Positions 1-10,284 of a stretch of 64,000 bases of DNA are shown here, piece after piece (positions within the stretch are counted from its first letter, which is position 1; each line of letters starts with the position of its first letter). The notes under the pieces were generated by a model that made no database searches, had not been told where the DNA came from, and was given only the letters and a program-made list of their open reading frames with translations. Position numbers and translations under genes: made by a program. The DNA is from Candidatus Latescibacterota bacterium. Lineage in GTDB: Bacteria > Latescibacterota > UBA2968 > GCA-2709665. The stretch lies in NCBI GenBank assembly GCA_965248435.1, contig OZ252100.1:4320001-4384000 (forward strand), read 5' to 3'.

Positions 1-1
1 G

Positions 2-625
2 CCTCGCTCACACGACAACGTCGACCGGACGATCAGGATATATCAGTTTTTTCACAATCAAAGGTCCTCCCGGTCAGATCAGTTGCTGAAGGACGCATTC
101 GAATTCAGAAATGAGATCGAAGAACCCTGGTTAAAAAATGATGCCTACCGTTTGGAGAGGGACCGACTACAAGACTATATCATTGTGACGAAGTATCACC
201 CCGATTCCGGTATGCTTTTGAAGCACAAGGACTACGAAGGTAACCTGGATTTCCCCTTGATTCAGTTCATGATTCTGCTTTCAGAGCCATCGGTTGATTA
301 TGAAAAAGGTGATTTTAATTTGTTCACGAGGCGGGGAAAGAAACTCAGTATTCAAAAAGATTTGAATATGCGAAAGGGCGACGCGCTCGTTTTCGACAAG
401 TCTCTGTACCATCAGGTGGAAAGGACACGGGGCTCCAAAGCAAGTGATATCGGACGGTGGAGTGTATTGATTGGTGCTCGAGCAAAACTGGATTTGCCCG
501 AAGGTGCCCGCAAGAAGATGGAGATCTCGTTTGAAACAACTCGGGAGTCATCCTACAAATCGATTCTGTCTCCAGTTCGAAGACTCCTGCGGCCGCTAAA
601 GGATGCTCTGCGCACTTCGAGATGA
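2..625 (+). CDS. 2OG-Fe(II) oxygenase superfamily protein (5'-partial)
   Basis: Frame is open from position 2. HxD (LLKHKD), distal His (LYHQV) and Arg (GRWS) match the 2OG-Fe(II) fold. Confidence 0.7.
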   Translation, partial: PRSHDNVDRTIRIYQFFHNQRSSRSDQLLKDAFEFRNEIEEPWLKNDAYRLERDRLQDYIIVTKYHPDSGMLLKHKDYEGNLDFPLIQFMILLSEPSVDYEKGDFNLFTRRGKKLSIQKDLNMRKGDALVFDKSLYHQVERTRGSKASDIGRWSVLIGARAKLDLPEGARKKMEISFETTRESSYKSILSPVRRLLRPLKDALRTSR

Positions 626-686
626 GTTTGTGTAAGGCTACAAACAGGCTGAATCCGATCGGGGCCTTTAGACATCTTTTGATAAA

Positions 687-1001
687 GCGGCAGACGTGTT
701 TGTTCTTCCTTCTCTCACCGGAAGGGATGCCGCTGGCTGTGATCGAAGCCATGGCTTCGGGGACCCCATTGTGACAACTGATGCTCCGGGATGTCGAGAA
801 AGTTTTTCCACTAGGTCGGGAGGCCCGTCGGCGCCTTCGGATGAGATCGCCTCTGTGCTTTCGAATGAAACGTTGCGTAAGAAATTGGTGACAAACGCAT
901 CCAAATGTGTGAACGGATATGATTTGGATTCGGTTGCTCAGCGTTATATGCTCACCTTTGAGCGTACGATTTCACATAAGACAAGAAGAACATCGCGGTA
1001 A
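687..1001 (+). pseudogene. GT4 glycosyltransferase C-terminal remnant
   Basis: AADVFVLPS, then frameshift to EGMPLAVIEAMASGT (from 721), then frameshift back to PIVTTDAPGCRE. No N-terminal domain. Confidence 0.75.
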
Positions 1002-1081
1002 CATATCCAATGGTTTCTTGGACGTTCGCACCGTGGGTCTGTCGTGATGCTTAAATTCTGGATCTAGAGGACAGAAAATAG

Positions 1082-1983
1082 ATGTTCAGAAATGGCATCA
1101 GCAGGACAGCGCTAGCTAACGCCGCGACAGCCGGGGGGGGTATTGGCCTCGCTGATTGTCATCATCGATACCACCACGGGCCGCTGGTACGAGGGTGGAT
1201 TCATGCTTTCAACGAGGCACATCATCGCATACTACGCTTTACCAGCATCTATTTTACTCTCTCTAACCTATTCATTAGTTTAAGGGCTTGGAAGAATACA
1301 AGATTCGATTGGCAATGGTTGTTTTTCACGTATTTTCGGCTTCTACATTATCGAACTGGGATTCGGTTTGCGATGGTTTCAGATTCTTCCCATGGGGGAC
1401 AAGAGAACAAAACTTCAAGTCGTACAAGATTGCCAGGGACGTGTTGGTTTTCAGTTTTCTTTCCTAACCACTTTATTCTTTTCGATAACTGCCCAAAATA
1501 GATGGTCGTGAGGTATTTTCGCTAAGTAGCATATCGAATGTCACTTCGGTTCATAACAACGAAAGTGGGGAGTTTCTAGTTTATGAATCCGATGAGCATG
1601 GATTCCACAATTCAAAAGGTTTGCATGGGTCAGGCATATATATTTGTGTAGTTGGAGATTCGTATACAGATGGGCGCTGCGTAAAATCCGATGAGAACGC
1701 TGTCGCGCTAATTAGAAAGGTTTATCCAAATACACTCAATCTTGGAGTAGGCGGAAGCGGAGCCTTATCAATGTTGGCAACAATCAGGGAATTCGTAGAG
1801 CCACTAAAGCCAAAGACCGTCATCTGGATGTTTGCTGCAAAAAACGATTTGAAGGATACGGCGCGAGAATCGCAAAAGATGGGACTCTACAGTGACCTGA
1901 GTCCGATAGTAAGTTTAGGTACGAACAGATTTTTGAAAGAGGAGTTACGATACGAAGCTCACGCTGGGTTGAACTATGAGTAG
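1082..1983 (+). pseudogene. Decayed membrane-anchored SGNH/GDSL hydrolase-like gene
   Basis: Frame 1489-1983 has YESDEHGFHN, VVGDSYTDG, NLGVGGSG and ND motifs. Hydrophobic N-terminal pieces are spread over other frames with stops, and the region is AT-richer than its surroundings. Confidence 0.6.
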
Positions 1984-3019
1984 GCTAAATGTGAATAGGC
2001 CAGTTGCCGTCGCGATTTTGGCCATTTTTCCGTGCGTCTCCGAGGCCATCGATTCCATCTATACCAATAGCCTTGTGGACACTCGAGAAGCCGTAGAGCT
2101 TGTCAGTGTTCAGAATTCCGATCTCTTGGGAACGTTAACTCCTATCCATGGGACAAGAATCGAGGCAGGCCACGGAGTTGAGATTTATGGGTGTGACGTG
2201 ATCGTGCAAAACGAAGCCGAATCAAACAGACGCTTGCAGGAAGGCGAAAAGATCCAGCTCGGTCTGCCATACGATTTGCGGATCTACTATCGGCTCGTGG
2301 ATTTACCGTATGAGAATCCGTCACACCATATCATTCTTAAATCCGACGACAACTCCACGTTCTATTCATTTCCGATGTTTTCGGAGTTTCTAGACGACCC
2401 TCCTCGTCTGGGCGAAACCAGGGCTCGTGTCATTTCAATTGTTCCAAGATTGGTTGTTGGAGATCTGAATGTGTATCTTAGCTTGGGCAGTCTTCAACAC
2501 GTTGAAGGGCAGCACATTCGTTCCATTCAGTTCGAGGAGAATCCACGCCTCAAGAATATTGCGCGGGGACGTCCCTGTGAATTCGTTCCGGATTTGAACT
2601 GGCACCGACCTCAGAATGCCTCCTGGATACTGACCGATGGGAACATGCCGTTTAGCCACGAGGCTGGGCTCGTGGGATGGATCAAACACGAGACAGTGCG
2701 TATCGAACTCGACCTTGGTGACATCTACCGCGTGAGAGCGCTGGGAGTCAAGGCCAAGGGCGGAGGTGTCTACAATATCTACTTTCCATCGTTGTTGACG
2801 GCCCAGGGTAAGAAACGCGATGGATCGGACGACATTTACCTGGGATCATTTGTTCCAGCTCCTAACGGCGTCTTTAATTTGCGTCCCGAAGATAGGTTTT
2901 ATGCAAATACGTGGTTCGTGGTCAGTTGCGATATCCAGATGAGGTATATTTCTCTCCTTATTTGGCCCAATTATGTCCTGGGATGCGACGAGATCGTTGT
3001 ATTGGCCGAAACAGATTGA
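1976..3019 (+). CDS. Secreted protein with C-terminal discoidin/F5-8-like carbohydrate-binding domain
   Basis: Signal-peptide-like N-terminus; NIARGRP...LTDG...W...IELDLG...RYISL pattern. Confidence 0.55.
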   Translation: MSRLNVNRPVAVAILAIFPCVSEAIDSIYTNSLVDTREAVELVSVQNSDLLGTLTPIHGTRIEAGHGVEIYGCDVIVQNEAESNRRLQEGEKIQLGLPYDLRIYYRLVDLPYENPSHHIILKSDDNSTFYSFPMFSEFLDDPPRLGETRARVISIVPRLVVGDLNVYLSLGSLQHVEGQHIRSIQFEENPRLKNIARGRPCEFVPDLNWHRPQNASWILTDGNMPFSHEAGLVGWIKHETVRIELDLGDIYRVRALGVKAKGGGVYNIYFPSLLTAQGKKRDGSDDIYLGSFVPAPNGVFNLRPEDRFYANTWFVVSCDIQMRYISLLIWPNYVLGCDEIVVLAETD

Positions 3020-4230
3020 GATTCCGGGTTAAGAGTTTGAATTGCAGGGACTTAAACGTATTCGTCGTCTTGCCCAATTACAAAGATTATGTCGATCGTT
3101 TCAAGCTGTTTCGAAATGTCGCGAATCACGTAAATCACGTCCATCTCCTCTTGATGAACGGTCGTCCCGAGATTGCTGGCGATGAACAGCCAATGAACAA
3201 TTTCACCTTGCTGGCCTTCAACGAGGAGAACACCTTTCTGGGAAAGCTGCTCGCTCTTTATCATTTGAGCAGGCAAATTGATCCTTCACTGCCCACCGTT
3301 GTGCATGACACATTTTTCGGGAAGTTGACCCTTTTTGTTCGGAGTCAGATAGTTGGAAGACCGAGAGCGAATATCCGGTTCGTCTTATCGCTGTATTTCC
3401 CGAATCCGAGTTGTCTGTTTTCGCGATGCTGGGATTCAAGAAGGGAGGAGTCGTATTGGCACAATGTGAAGAATTACCTCGCTTTTGGACGAAGAACCAT
3501 CTGGGAGTTTGTCTCTTGCAGGATGACGGACTTCGTAGCAGCAAATTCTCAGGACATTCTAAACGGTTTGGCTCGATACTATCACTTGAGTCAAAGAAGA
3601 CTTTGTTTGGTACCTACAGCTATTTGCACAGATACGTTTAGACCCCGCAATACGAAGGGCCGAAAAGAAGGGAAAAGCCCTTGTTCCTTGCTGTTCGTCG
3701 GAAACATTACGCATCGCAAGGGCGTCGATACCCTCCTAAAAGCGCTGGGTGTCATCATTGGATCGTACAACCTGGAGTTCAAATTTCTGGGCTCGCTGAT
3801 GGATTATAGCCGCCCCTGGTTTTGGCGGTTGATCGATCGGCATGGCCTTAGAGACTCAATAAGTCTAGAGGGGCAGGTGGACAGGGGTCAATTGGTTCAG
3901 TATTATCAAGGGGCGGATATCCTTGTTTGCCCGTCCAGAGTTGAAGGCTCTCCAAGGGTTGTCAAGGAGGCCGCAGCTTGCGGCTGTAGTGTTATCGCAA
4001 CGAGAATCCCAGGAACCACGATCATCGATCCGGATGAGGCGTTTCTCAACTACGTGGACGTTGACGATGTGGTCGGTTTGGCGAACAAGATCTCAGAGCT
4101 TATCGACAATCCCCGGCTACGACTTGAGAAGGCCAGACTGGGAAGAGAGTTAATAGAGGACAAATTCTCTCCGCCGGCTATAGCCGAAAAGATGACTGGA
4201 TTTTATCAGAGCCTTTTCATTCAGGTTTGA
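3016..4230 (+). CDS. Glycosyltransferase family 4
   Basis: LLFVGNITHRKG, ADILVCPSRVEG and EAAACG motifs. TTG start overlaps the upstream stop (ORF track starts at 2911). Confidence 0.88.
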   Translation: MRFRVKSLNCRDLNVFVVLPNYKDYVDRFKLFRNVANHVNHVHLLLMNGRPEIAGDEQPMNNFTLLAFNEENTFLGKLLALYHLSRQIDPSLPTVVHDTFFGKLTLFVRSQIVGRPRANIRFVLSLYFPNPSCLFSRCWDSRREESYWHNVKNYLAFGRRTIWEFVSCRMTDFVAANSQDILNGLARYYHLSQRRLCLVPTAICTDTFRPRNTKGRKEGKSPCSLLFVGNITHRKGVDTLLKALGVIIGSYNLEFKFLGSLMDYSRPWFWRLIDRHGLRDSISLEGQVDRGQLVQYYQGADILVCPSRVEGSPRVVKEAAACGCSVIATRIPGTTIIDPDEAFLNYVDVDDVVGLANKISELIDNPRLRLEKARLGRELIEDKFSPPAIAEKMTGFYQSLFIQV

Positions 4231-4247
4231 TTGCTTGAGGCAGATCC

Positions 4248-5558
4248 ATGTCGAAGCGGATTCCCTTGGCCCTGATTTTCTCAGTCTTTTTTGTTCCTCC
4301 TTTATTCGTACTTGGCATAGCAGGTCTGATATTTTCATTCGGGATATTGGCGTGTCTGCGCCGGGGTTACCATATCACAACTCCGTTGAGTAAGTTCGTG
4401 TCGGTATTCCTGGCGCTGACCCTCATATCGGCGTTTATGAATTGGACGGATCCAATCTCAACGGGGATGTTTCTTGGTTTCCACCTGCTGCCTGTAGCAG
4501 GATTTTGGGGAGTTGTTCAGCTTGGCTGTAATGATCTTTCAATCAACCGGGCCATTCGTTGGATGGGGTGGTTCGTGCTCATTCAGGTTCCAGCGTTTTG
4601 CCTTCAATGGTATCTCGCGGGCGCGAGGGGTTTGACAGATATTTCGTACGATCTCTTTGCAGGATCGATTGCTCGCTCCGAAATCAGCACCCACACTGCT
4701 GGTGTTGTGATGATGTTTGCAATGGTCATCTCGTTCAGTCTTTTTCACACCACGAGGCGAAGATTCTATTTGTGGGCTGCGGTCGCTGGATTCGCGGGGT
4801 GGATCCTTTCAGCAACAGGCCATTCTTATGTGGCGTTCATGGTCGGGGCTGTCATTTTCGCGGTCTATGAGCATAAGAATCGGTTGCTTCGCACTTTTGT
4901 GAGAGCCGTTCCAGCAGTCGCGATCGTATGTTTGGCCATCATTTATACACGGGCTCCGATTTTCCAGGTCATTCAGGATCACTTTTTTTATCCTACCGTG
5001 ATACTCGAATCCGATAAGTTCAAAGCCTACGAACGAACATTCTCTTTGTCCTATTCGTTTGAGGAGATTCCGAGGTGGAATTCGTTGATCGGAGTTGGGC
5101 CCGGGATGTATACGAGTCGCGGTGCGTCGATGAAGACAGGAAAATACTTTAGAGGACGCACATATTCTTTCTTTCCATTTCCCGAGTCGTCTCAGTTCAC
5201 AGACACGGCATTAAGATATCAAACAAAAAGTTCGATTGGCAACGCCCCCTGGTCCTCCTTGATCTCCCTGTGGGGTGAGGTAGGGCCCGGCGTGGTCATC
5301 ATCATCTTTTTGATCTTTTTCGCGGTTTTCCGGATGGCCGGACGCGTCAAGAACGCTACGAATGATCCGTTCTTCAAGGGCCTTTCCGAAGGTGTACAAC
5401 TTTGTTCAATTCTGTATCTCCTGATCATGGGCATAGAGAATTGGCTCGAATTTCCAAAAGTGGCTGCCTTTTTCTGGGTTCTCGTAGCCCTTGTCTATTG
5501 TCATGGATTTAATGCCAGGCGGGCTGCCGCATTGACCGGTGTGAGAGCCGCCGCGTAA
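4248..5558 (+). CDS. Wzy-like O-antigen polymerase / multi-pass membrane protein
   Basis: About 10-12 hydrophobic segments, a large loop with GVGPG, and glycan cluster context. Confidence 0.6.
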   Translation: MSKRIPLALIFSVFFVPPLFVLGIAGLIFSFGILACLRRGYHITTPLSKFVSVFLALTLISAFMNWTDPISTGMFLGFHLLPVAGFWGVVQLGCNDLSINRAIRWMGWFVLIQVPAFCLQWYLAGARGLTDISYDLFAGSIARSEISTHTAGVVMMFAMVISFSLFHTTRRRFYLWAAVAGFAGWILSATGHSYVAFMVGAVIFAVYEHKNRLLRTFVRAVPAVAIVCLAIIYTRAPIFQVIQDHFFYPTVILESDKFKAYERTFSLSYSFEEIPRWNSLIGVGPGMYTSRGASMKTGKYFRGRTYSFFPFPESSQFTDTALRYQTKSSIGNAPWSSLISLWGEVGPGVVIIIFLIFFAVFRMAGRVKNATNDPFFKGLSEGVQLCSILYLLIMGIENWLEFPKVAAFFWVLVALVYCHGFNARRAAALTGVRAAA

Positions 5559-5562
5559 GGAA

Positions 5563-6183
5563 ATGATCGCTACCCATCGACCCGTCCAGTATTCCTTTCG
5601 GAAATATGTCTTGCCCCGGGTGGAAGGAATCCGGGTGCTGGACGTGGGGTGTGCGGCCGGCAACTATTTGGAGCTTTTCGATGGGCACTCTGTAGGCTTA
5701 GACGTTAGCACTGGAGACCTGGGGGTCTGCAAGTCCAAGGGGCTCAGGGTGGCCTTGTGCGAGTTCAATCAAGGTCTGTCCTCACAATCAGGAAAGCTAG
5801 ACGCTGTCTTTTGCTCACACGTCCTCGAACACGTGAATTCACCCATCTGTCTACTAAAAGAATGTCACCGTGTGCTGTGTGATGGTGGGCTGTTCATTTT
5901 GGGACTCCCGTTCGAGAGTACCCTGGCCGGATTGTTGAGGAAAGTCAAATACTTCAAACATCACGAAGGCCACCTCTACGCGTTTAGTTTGGAAAATGCA
6001 AGAGTTCTTCTTCAAAAGGCAGGCTTTTTCGCACCAGACATCTATGTAGAACCGTGGCCTGCCCGCAGACTTCAAAGCGTCGGCTTGCTGAATCCAGTTC
6101 TGTCTTTGGTACAGATGCTTCCAAAGAAGATCGGATTATATATATCTTGCGGCCTCTGGTTGGTCTCTCGAAAATCAGGATGA
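5563..6183 (+). CDS. Class I SAM-dependent methyltransferase
   Basis: VLDVGCAAG; DAVFCSHVLEHV. Confidence 0.88.
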   Translation: MIATHRPVQYSFRKYVLPRVEGIRVLDVGCAAGNYLELFDGHSVGLDVSTGDLGVCKSKGLRVALCEFNQGLSSQSGKLDAVFCSHVLEHVNSPICLLKECHRVLCDGGLFILGLPFESTLAGLLRKVKYFKHHEGHLYAFSLENARVLLQKAGFFAPDIYVEPWPARRLQSVGLLNPVLSLVQMLPKKIGLYISCGLWLVSRKSG

Positions 6184-6232
6184 TTTTTACCGACGTTGGC
6201 TGGCGGCCAGGGAGGCGCTTGTCAACCTCCAG

Positions 6233-7360
6233 GTGAATATGAAGATTCGGCGTGTTGCGATTCTACAGCGTCAGATTCCCCATTATCGGATACCCTTTTT
6301 TCGATCACTGGGTGAAGTGAAGGGCGTCGATCTCGTTGTGGTTCATGGCGATGCGGCTCGATTGGGCCAGACTGATCTGCCGTTCAGAACGCATTATTCA
6401 CCTTATTATGATGTATCTGTTCTTGGATTTAACTTCTGGTTCCAGCCTAGAGTCCTGGGTGTGGTAAGCGCCTATCGAAGCGAAACCGTGATCGCTGAAG
6501 GCACATTCGGAATCCTGACCAATCTCCTCGTTGGATTCTATTGTCGTATGAAGGGGGCGAAATTCGTCTGGTGGGTCTGCGGATGGGACCGACCCGGGCT
6601 TACGCCCCTCCAGTGCTGGATGAAAGAGGCCTATGTCAGGGTCGCGCTGAAATCGGCCGACTCCTTTATCACCTACAGCTCGAAAGCTCGTGAATATGTC
6701 GAGCGAATGGGCGCTCGGCGAAGAAGGGTCTACATCGCGTTCAATTCTGTTGATACTCACGAGATTTTTGAGAATCGTGAACTATATGCCCGTGAGGCAA
6801 GAGGGCTCAGATCTTCCTTAAAGCTCGATGGAAAGAAAATCATACTCAGTGTGGGCAGACTCTTGCCTGAGAAGCGTGTAGATATTCTAATTCGAGCCGT
6901 TTGTCGCGTACGTAAAACCCTTTCGGACGTCGCCTTAGTGATCGTCGGAGAGGGGCCTGCCAGGCCTGAGCTGGAAGAACTGGTTAGAACACTTGCGTTG
7001 GAGAACACGACCTTCGTAGGAAAGCAGGTTGATACCGTCAATCAATACTTTGCGATGGCGGACCTGTTTGTTTTGCCAGGAATGGGTGGACTCTCGATCA
7101 ACCAAGCGATGGCCTTCGGAAAGCCGGTTATCTGCTCCGAAGCGGACGGGACCGAGTTGGACCTGGTCGAACAAGGCGTCAATGGTTACATCCTGAAGTC
7201 CGGGGACACCGGGGGTCTCGCTGTTGCTTTGGAGTCGTTGCTCACGAACGAACAACGAACTAAGAAGATGGGTATTGAATCCTATCGGATCGTCAAAGAA
7301 AAAATCAATCTGCGCAACATGGTGGGAAAATTTGTCAGCGCAATCGACGGAAAAGCGTGA
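6233..7360 (+). CDS. Glycosyltransferase family 4
   Basis: ILSVGRLLPEKR, ADLFVLPG, QAMAFGKPVI. Confidence 0.9.
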   Translation: MNMKIRRVAILQRQIPHYRIPFFRSLGEVKGVDLVVVHGDAARLGQTDLPFRTHYSPYYDVSVLGFNFWFQPRVLGVVSAYRSETVIAEGTFGILTNLLVGFYCRMKGAKFVWWVCGWDRPGLTPLQCWMKEAYVRVALKSADSFITYSSKAREYVERMGARRRRVYIAFNSVDTHEIFENRELYAREARGLRSSLKLDGKKIILSVGRLLPEKRVDILIRAVCRVRKTLSDVALVIVGEGPARPELEELVRTLALENTTFVGKQVDTVNQYFAMADLFVLPGMGGLSINQAMAFGKPVICSEADGTELDLVEQGVNGYILKSGDTGGLAVALESLLTNEQRTKKMGIESYRIVKEKINLRNMVGKFVSAIDGKA

Positions 7361-7409
7361 TCAGGCGCCTGCGTCCGAGGACCAGGAGCTCTGGAATTCG
7401 ACGAATGAG

Positions 7410-8093
7410 ATGATGCGTGGGAGAATCGCTCCCCACAATGTGCTCCTCAGTCACATGATCGCAAGGTCTCCATTGATGAAGGAGATCGGCACAGTGCTCG
7501 AAATCGGATGCGGCTCCGGGCAGTTCTCCTTTTTCATGCACCGCAGCAAATGCAAAGTGACGCTTATCGATGCATCGAAGGAGGCCATAACGTGTTGCCG
7601 GGCTATGTTCAACGGGCATACTGAGAATGTGCAGTTCGTTCTGGAAGACGTCCTGACCTACAAACCAGAGGAGAGGTTTGATCTCGTCTATTCGGGCGGA
7701 TTGTTGGAACACTACAAAGGGGGCTTCCTGCGGCAGATGTTCGAGGCGCACGTTCGAGCCAGTGCGAAGTATGTCATGGTCGCAGTGCCTGCTGACACAC
7801 CTCGAAACTGGTCCAGAGCAATCCGTAATAGGAACAAAACATCGCGAGAGGGTGCGCTACCAGACTGGACGCCAATGGGCGAAGCACAGCTTCTTGAACT
7901 ATTCCAGGAACTTGGCATCGAAGTCGTTCTCCTATGCCGGATCGATGAAACATATGGGCGAACCGGTGTATTTTCGAAACTGCGGCGGGAGTTGATTCGG
8001 AGGAGATTTCAGATTTGTAGATCGATTGACACAAATTCAGGCGGTTTGGTCGTAGGCATAGGAAGAATCACACCTTCTTCCTCAAAGGAGTGA
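7410..8093 (+). CDS. Class I SAM-dependent methyltransferase
   Basis: VLEIGCGSG; FDLVYSGGLLEH. Start is uncertain (ORF is open from 7224). Confidence 0.82.
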   Translation: MMRGRIAPHNVLLSHMIARSPLMKEIGTVLEIGCGSGQFSFFMHRSKCKVTLIDASKEAITCCRAMFNGHTENVQFVLEDVLTYKPEERFDLVYSGGLLEHYKGGFLRQMFEAHVRASAKYVMVAVPADTPRNWSRAIRNRNKTSREGALPDWTPMGEAQLLELFQELGIEVVLLCRIDETYGRTGVFSKLRRELIRRRFQICRSIDTNSGGLVVGIGRITPSSSKE

Positions 8094-8156
8094 CCTCCAG
8101 AAAGTCTCTTCTTCACTCAGCTTTCAGGAAAGGTAGGCGGATAGAGCCTTTTTATC

Positions 8157-9218
8157 ATGCAGGTACAGCAAGCCAGGAGAGACGCGAACATTTCTGATTT
8201 CAACGAGTATAAGAGGTTGGCTTCTTGTGGTGAGGGTCTGGAAGTTTATGTACTTGATGACGGATCATACAGGAGAGTTCGTATAAAAGGGCGCCACGTC
8301 CTTCCTTCAGGAACGTTCGAGCTTTGCGATCGAAGTGATTTCGAGACGATGTTGTCCGTGAGTACTTTGGAGAAAATCGCTTTGAAGAAAGGTCGGTACT
8401 TCAGGGATGAGGTAGCTAGAAGTGAAGATCCTGGGTATATGAAGGGTGTTCAGCAGGTTATAGAGGAATTTAGCATACCGGTCAGTAATGCGAGAATCTT
8501 GGACTTTGGCTGTGGGGCAGGTGCGTTCGCACTGAACCTTTTGCGACAAGGCGCGAGCGACATCATCGCAGTAGACGTAGACGCGGAGCTTCTGGATATC
8601 GCGGTCTCAAGGTTGAACGATTTCCGTCTTTCAGGTTGCGAGTTCAAGAGTATCGACTTCGTTGACAAAACTACCGGGTTGCCCTTTCATGATGGTGAAT
8701 TTGACATCGTGTGGCCCCACGCCGTGTTGGAGCACGTGTTTCCACGCCAAAGGAAGTTTGTGCTGAGGGAATTGTGGCGGGTGCTGAAGAAGGGAGGGCT
8801 TCTCATTGTGGACGCTACTCCAAACAGACTCTGGATCAAGGAGTATCACACTTCAAGGTTGTTCTTCGTGAACTACCTTCCATTAAGCCTCGCCGCGGGT
8901 CTCGCTCGTCGTTTTTCGGAAAGAGTGGACTCGAATGAGCCAGGAGCATCTTTGCTCGCAAGGGGCTTTCGCGGGTCGACGTATTGGGAAATTGCGAGGG
9001 CGATCCCCGGATCAACCTGCTTGAATAACCTTGTTCGAAAGAGGGAGCTGAGTATCTGGATGGAGAGCTGGAGAAAAGAGGGCGACTCTCGCATAAAGCG
9101 TGGCATCAAGGAAGCATACAATATATTCATGGGTGCTCTTGATCCGGTGCTTGGCTTGCTAAAGATTCCCCAATCCGTCTTGCTTCCAGCACTCATACTG
9201 GTCTTTCGAAAGCCGTAG
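8157..9218 (+). CDS. Class I SAM-dependent methyltransferase
   Basis: ILDFGCGAG; FDIVWPHAVLEHV; RVLKKGG. Confidence 0.88.
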   Translation: MQVQQARRDANISDFNEYKRLASCGEGLEVYVLDDGSYRRVRIKGRHVLPSGTFELCDRSDFETMLSVSTLEKIALKKGRYFRDEVARSEDPGYMKGVQQVIEEFSIPVSNARILDFGCGAGAFALNLLRQGASDIIAVDVDAELLDIAVSRLNDFRLSGCEFKSIDFVDKTTGLPFHDGEFDIVWPHAVLEHVFPRQRKFVLRELWRVLKKGGLLIVDATPNRLWIKEYHTSRLFFVNYLPLSLAAGLARRFSERVDSNEPGASLLARGFRGSTYWEIARAIPGSTCLNNLVRKRELSIWMESWRKEGDSRIKRGIKEAYNIFMGALDPVLGLLKIPQSVLLPALILVFRKP

Positions 9219-9279
9219 ACTTGCGACAAGGTAGGATTTCTGGGCACAGCCGCCCGAAAAGAATCGGTGGGACCATTTT

Positions 9280-10209
9280 TTGCAAGCGTCAATCGATCAG
9301 GTGAGGCGTTTCTGGGATGAAAATCCCTGCGGAAGCAACCTTTCCACGGAGGAAAACCGGAAACGCTATTTTATCGAAGTCGAATCCACTCGATATCAAA
9401 CTGAACGACACATTCCAGAGGTCGCAAGGTTTCAGGAGTTCCACGACAGGGACATCCTTGAAATCGGATGCGGAATCGCTACCGACGGCTTGCAGTTCGC
9501 GAAACACGGCGCCCGCTATACCGGCATTGATTTGTCTCCCGCTTCTGTTGCGATCGCAACGGAAAGATTCGGTTTGTACCAACTCGAGGGGAGACTCGAG
9601 GTCGCCAATGCCGAGAAGTTGGCGTTTCCCGACGAGAGTTTTGACCATGTCTACAGCTTTGGCGTGATCCACCACTCGCCCGACACGCAGGCGATTGTTC
9701 GTGAAATCTACAGAGTCCTCAGGGCAGGTGGATCATTCTGCATTATGGTCTACAATCGTTCTTCAATCAACTACCATGTTGAAATCATGGCCTTGCGGAG
9801 GCTGTTTCGACTCCTCCTTCGTCCAGGTTTTATGACACGGCTGATCTCCAGGCTTACGGGTTTGGACCGATCCAAGCTGGAAGGCCATCGTCAGATTATG
9901 GCGGAGAGGCCGAGACTGGAAAAACAGGAATGGCTCAACATGAACACGGACGGGCCCTGGTGTCCGTTGGCAAAAGTCTACAATGCCAGAGAGGGCCTGG
10001 AGCTTTTTGAGGGATTTGATGACGTAAAGACTGAGGTCTGGCATTTCGACCGGTCCCATTGGCCGTTCATCGGAAGGTTGATTCCGGATCGGCTCCACCA
10101 CCGGCTCGGTCGGACGTGGGGGTGGCACAGGACAATTACGGGGAGAAAACCGGTGAATCGGCCAACAGTCGAGAGTGGTGAGTCCAGAGCAAAAGCAGTT
10201 TCAAGCTGA
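9280..10209 (+). CDS. Class I SAM-dependent methyltransferase
   Basis: FWDENPCG, ILEIGCG, FDHVYSFGVIHH, RVLRAGG. Confidence 0.88.
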   Translation: MQASIDQVRRFWDENPCGSNLSTEENRKRYFIEVESTRYQTERHIPEVARFQEFHDRDILEIGCGIATDGLQFAKHGARYTGIDLSPASVAIATERFGLYQLEGRLEVANAEKLAFPDESFDHVYSFGVIHHSPDTQAIVREIYRVLRAGGSFCIMVYNRSSINYHVEIMALRRLFRLLLRPGFMTRLISRLTGLDRSKLEGHRQIMAERPRLEKQEWLNMNTDGPWCPLAKVYNAREGLELFEGFDDVKTEVWHFDRSHWPFIGRLIPDRLHHRLGRTWGWHRTITGRKPVNRPTVESGESRAKAVSS

Positions 10210-10277
10210 AACAAAGCGTTATGGACCCCGCAATTTTGATGTCAACAAGAAACTAGAAATCTCAAAACTAGAAACTG
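10196..10277. repeat. Inverted heptamer-array element (AGTTTCA ... (AAACTAG)n)
   Basis: cagtttcaag at 10196 and aaactag-aaatctc-a-aaactag-aaactg at 10250-10277, directly before the asnB ATG. Confidence 0.6.
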
Positions 10278-10284
10278 GTTCTAA

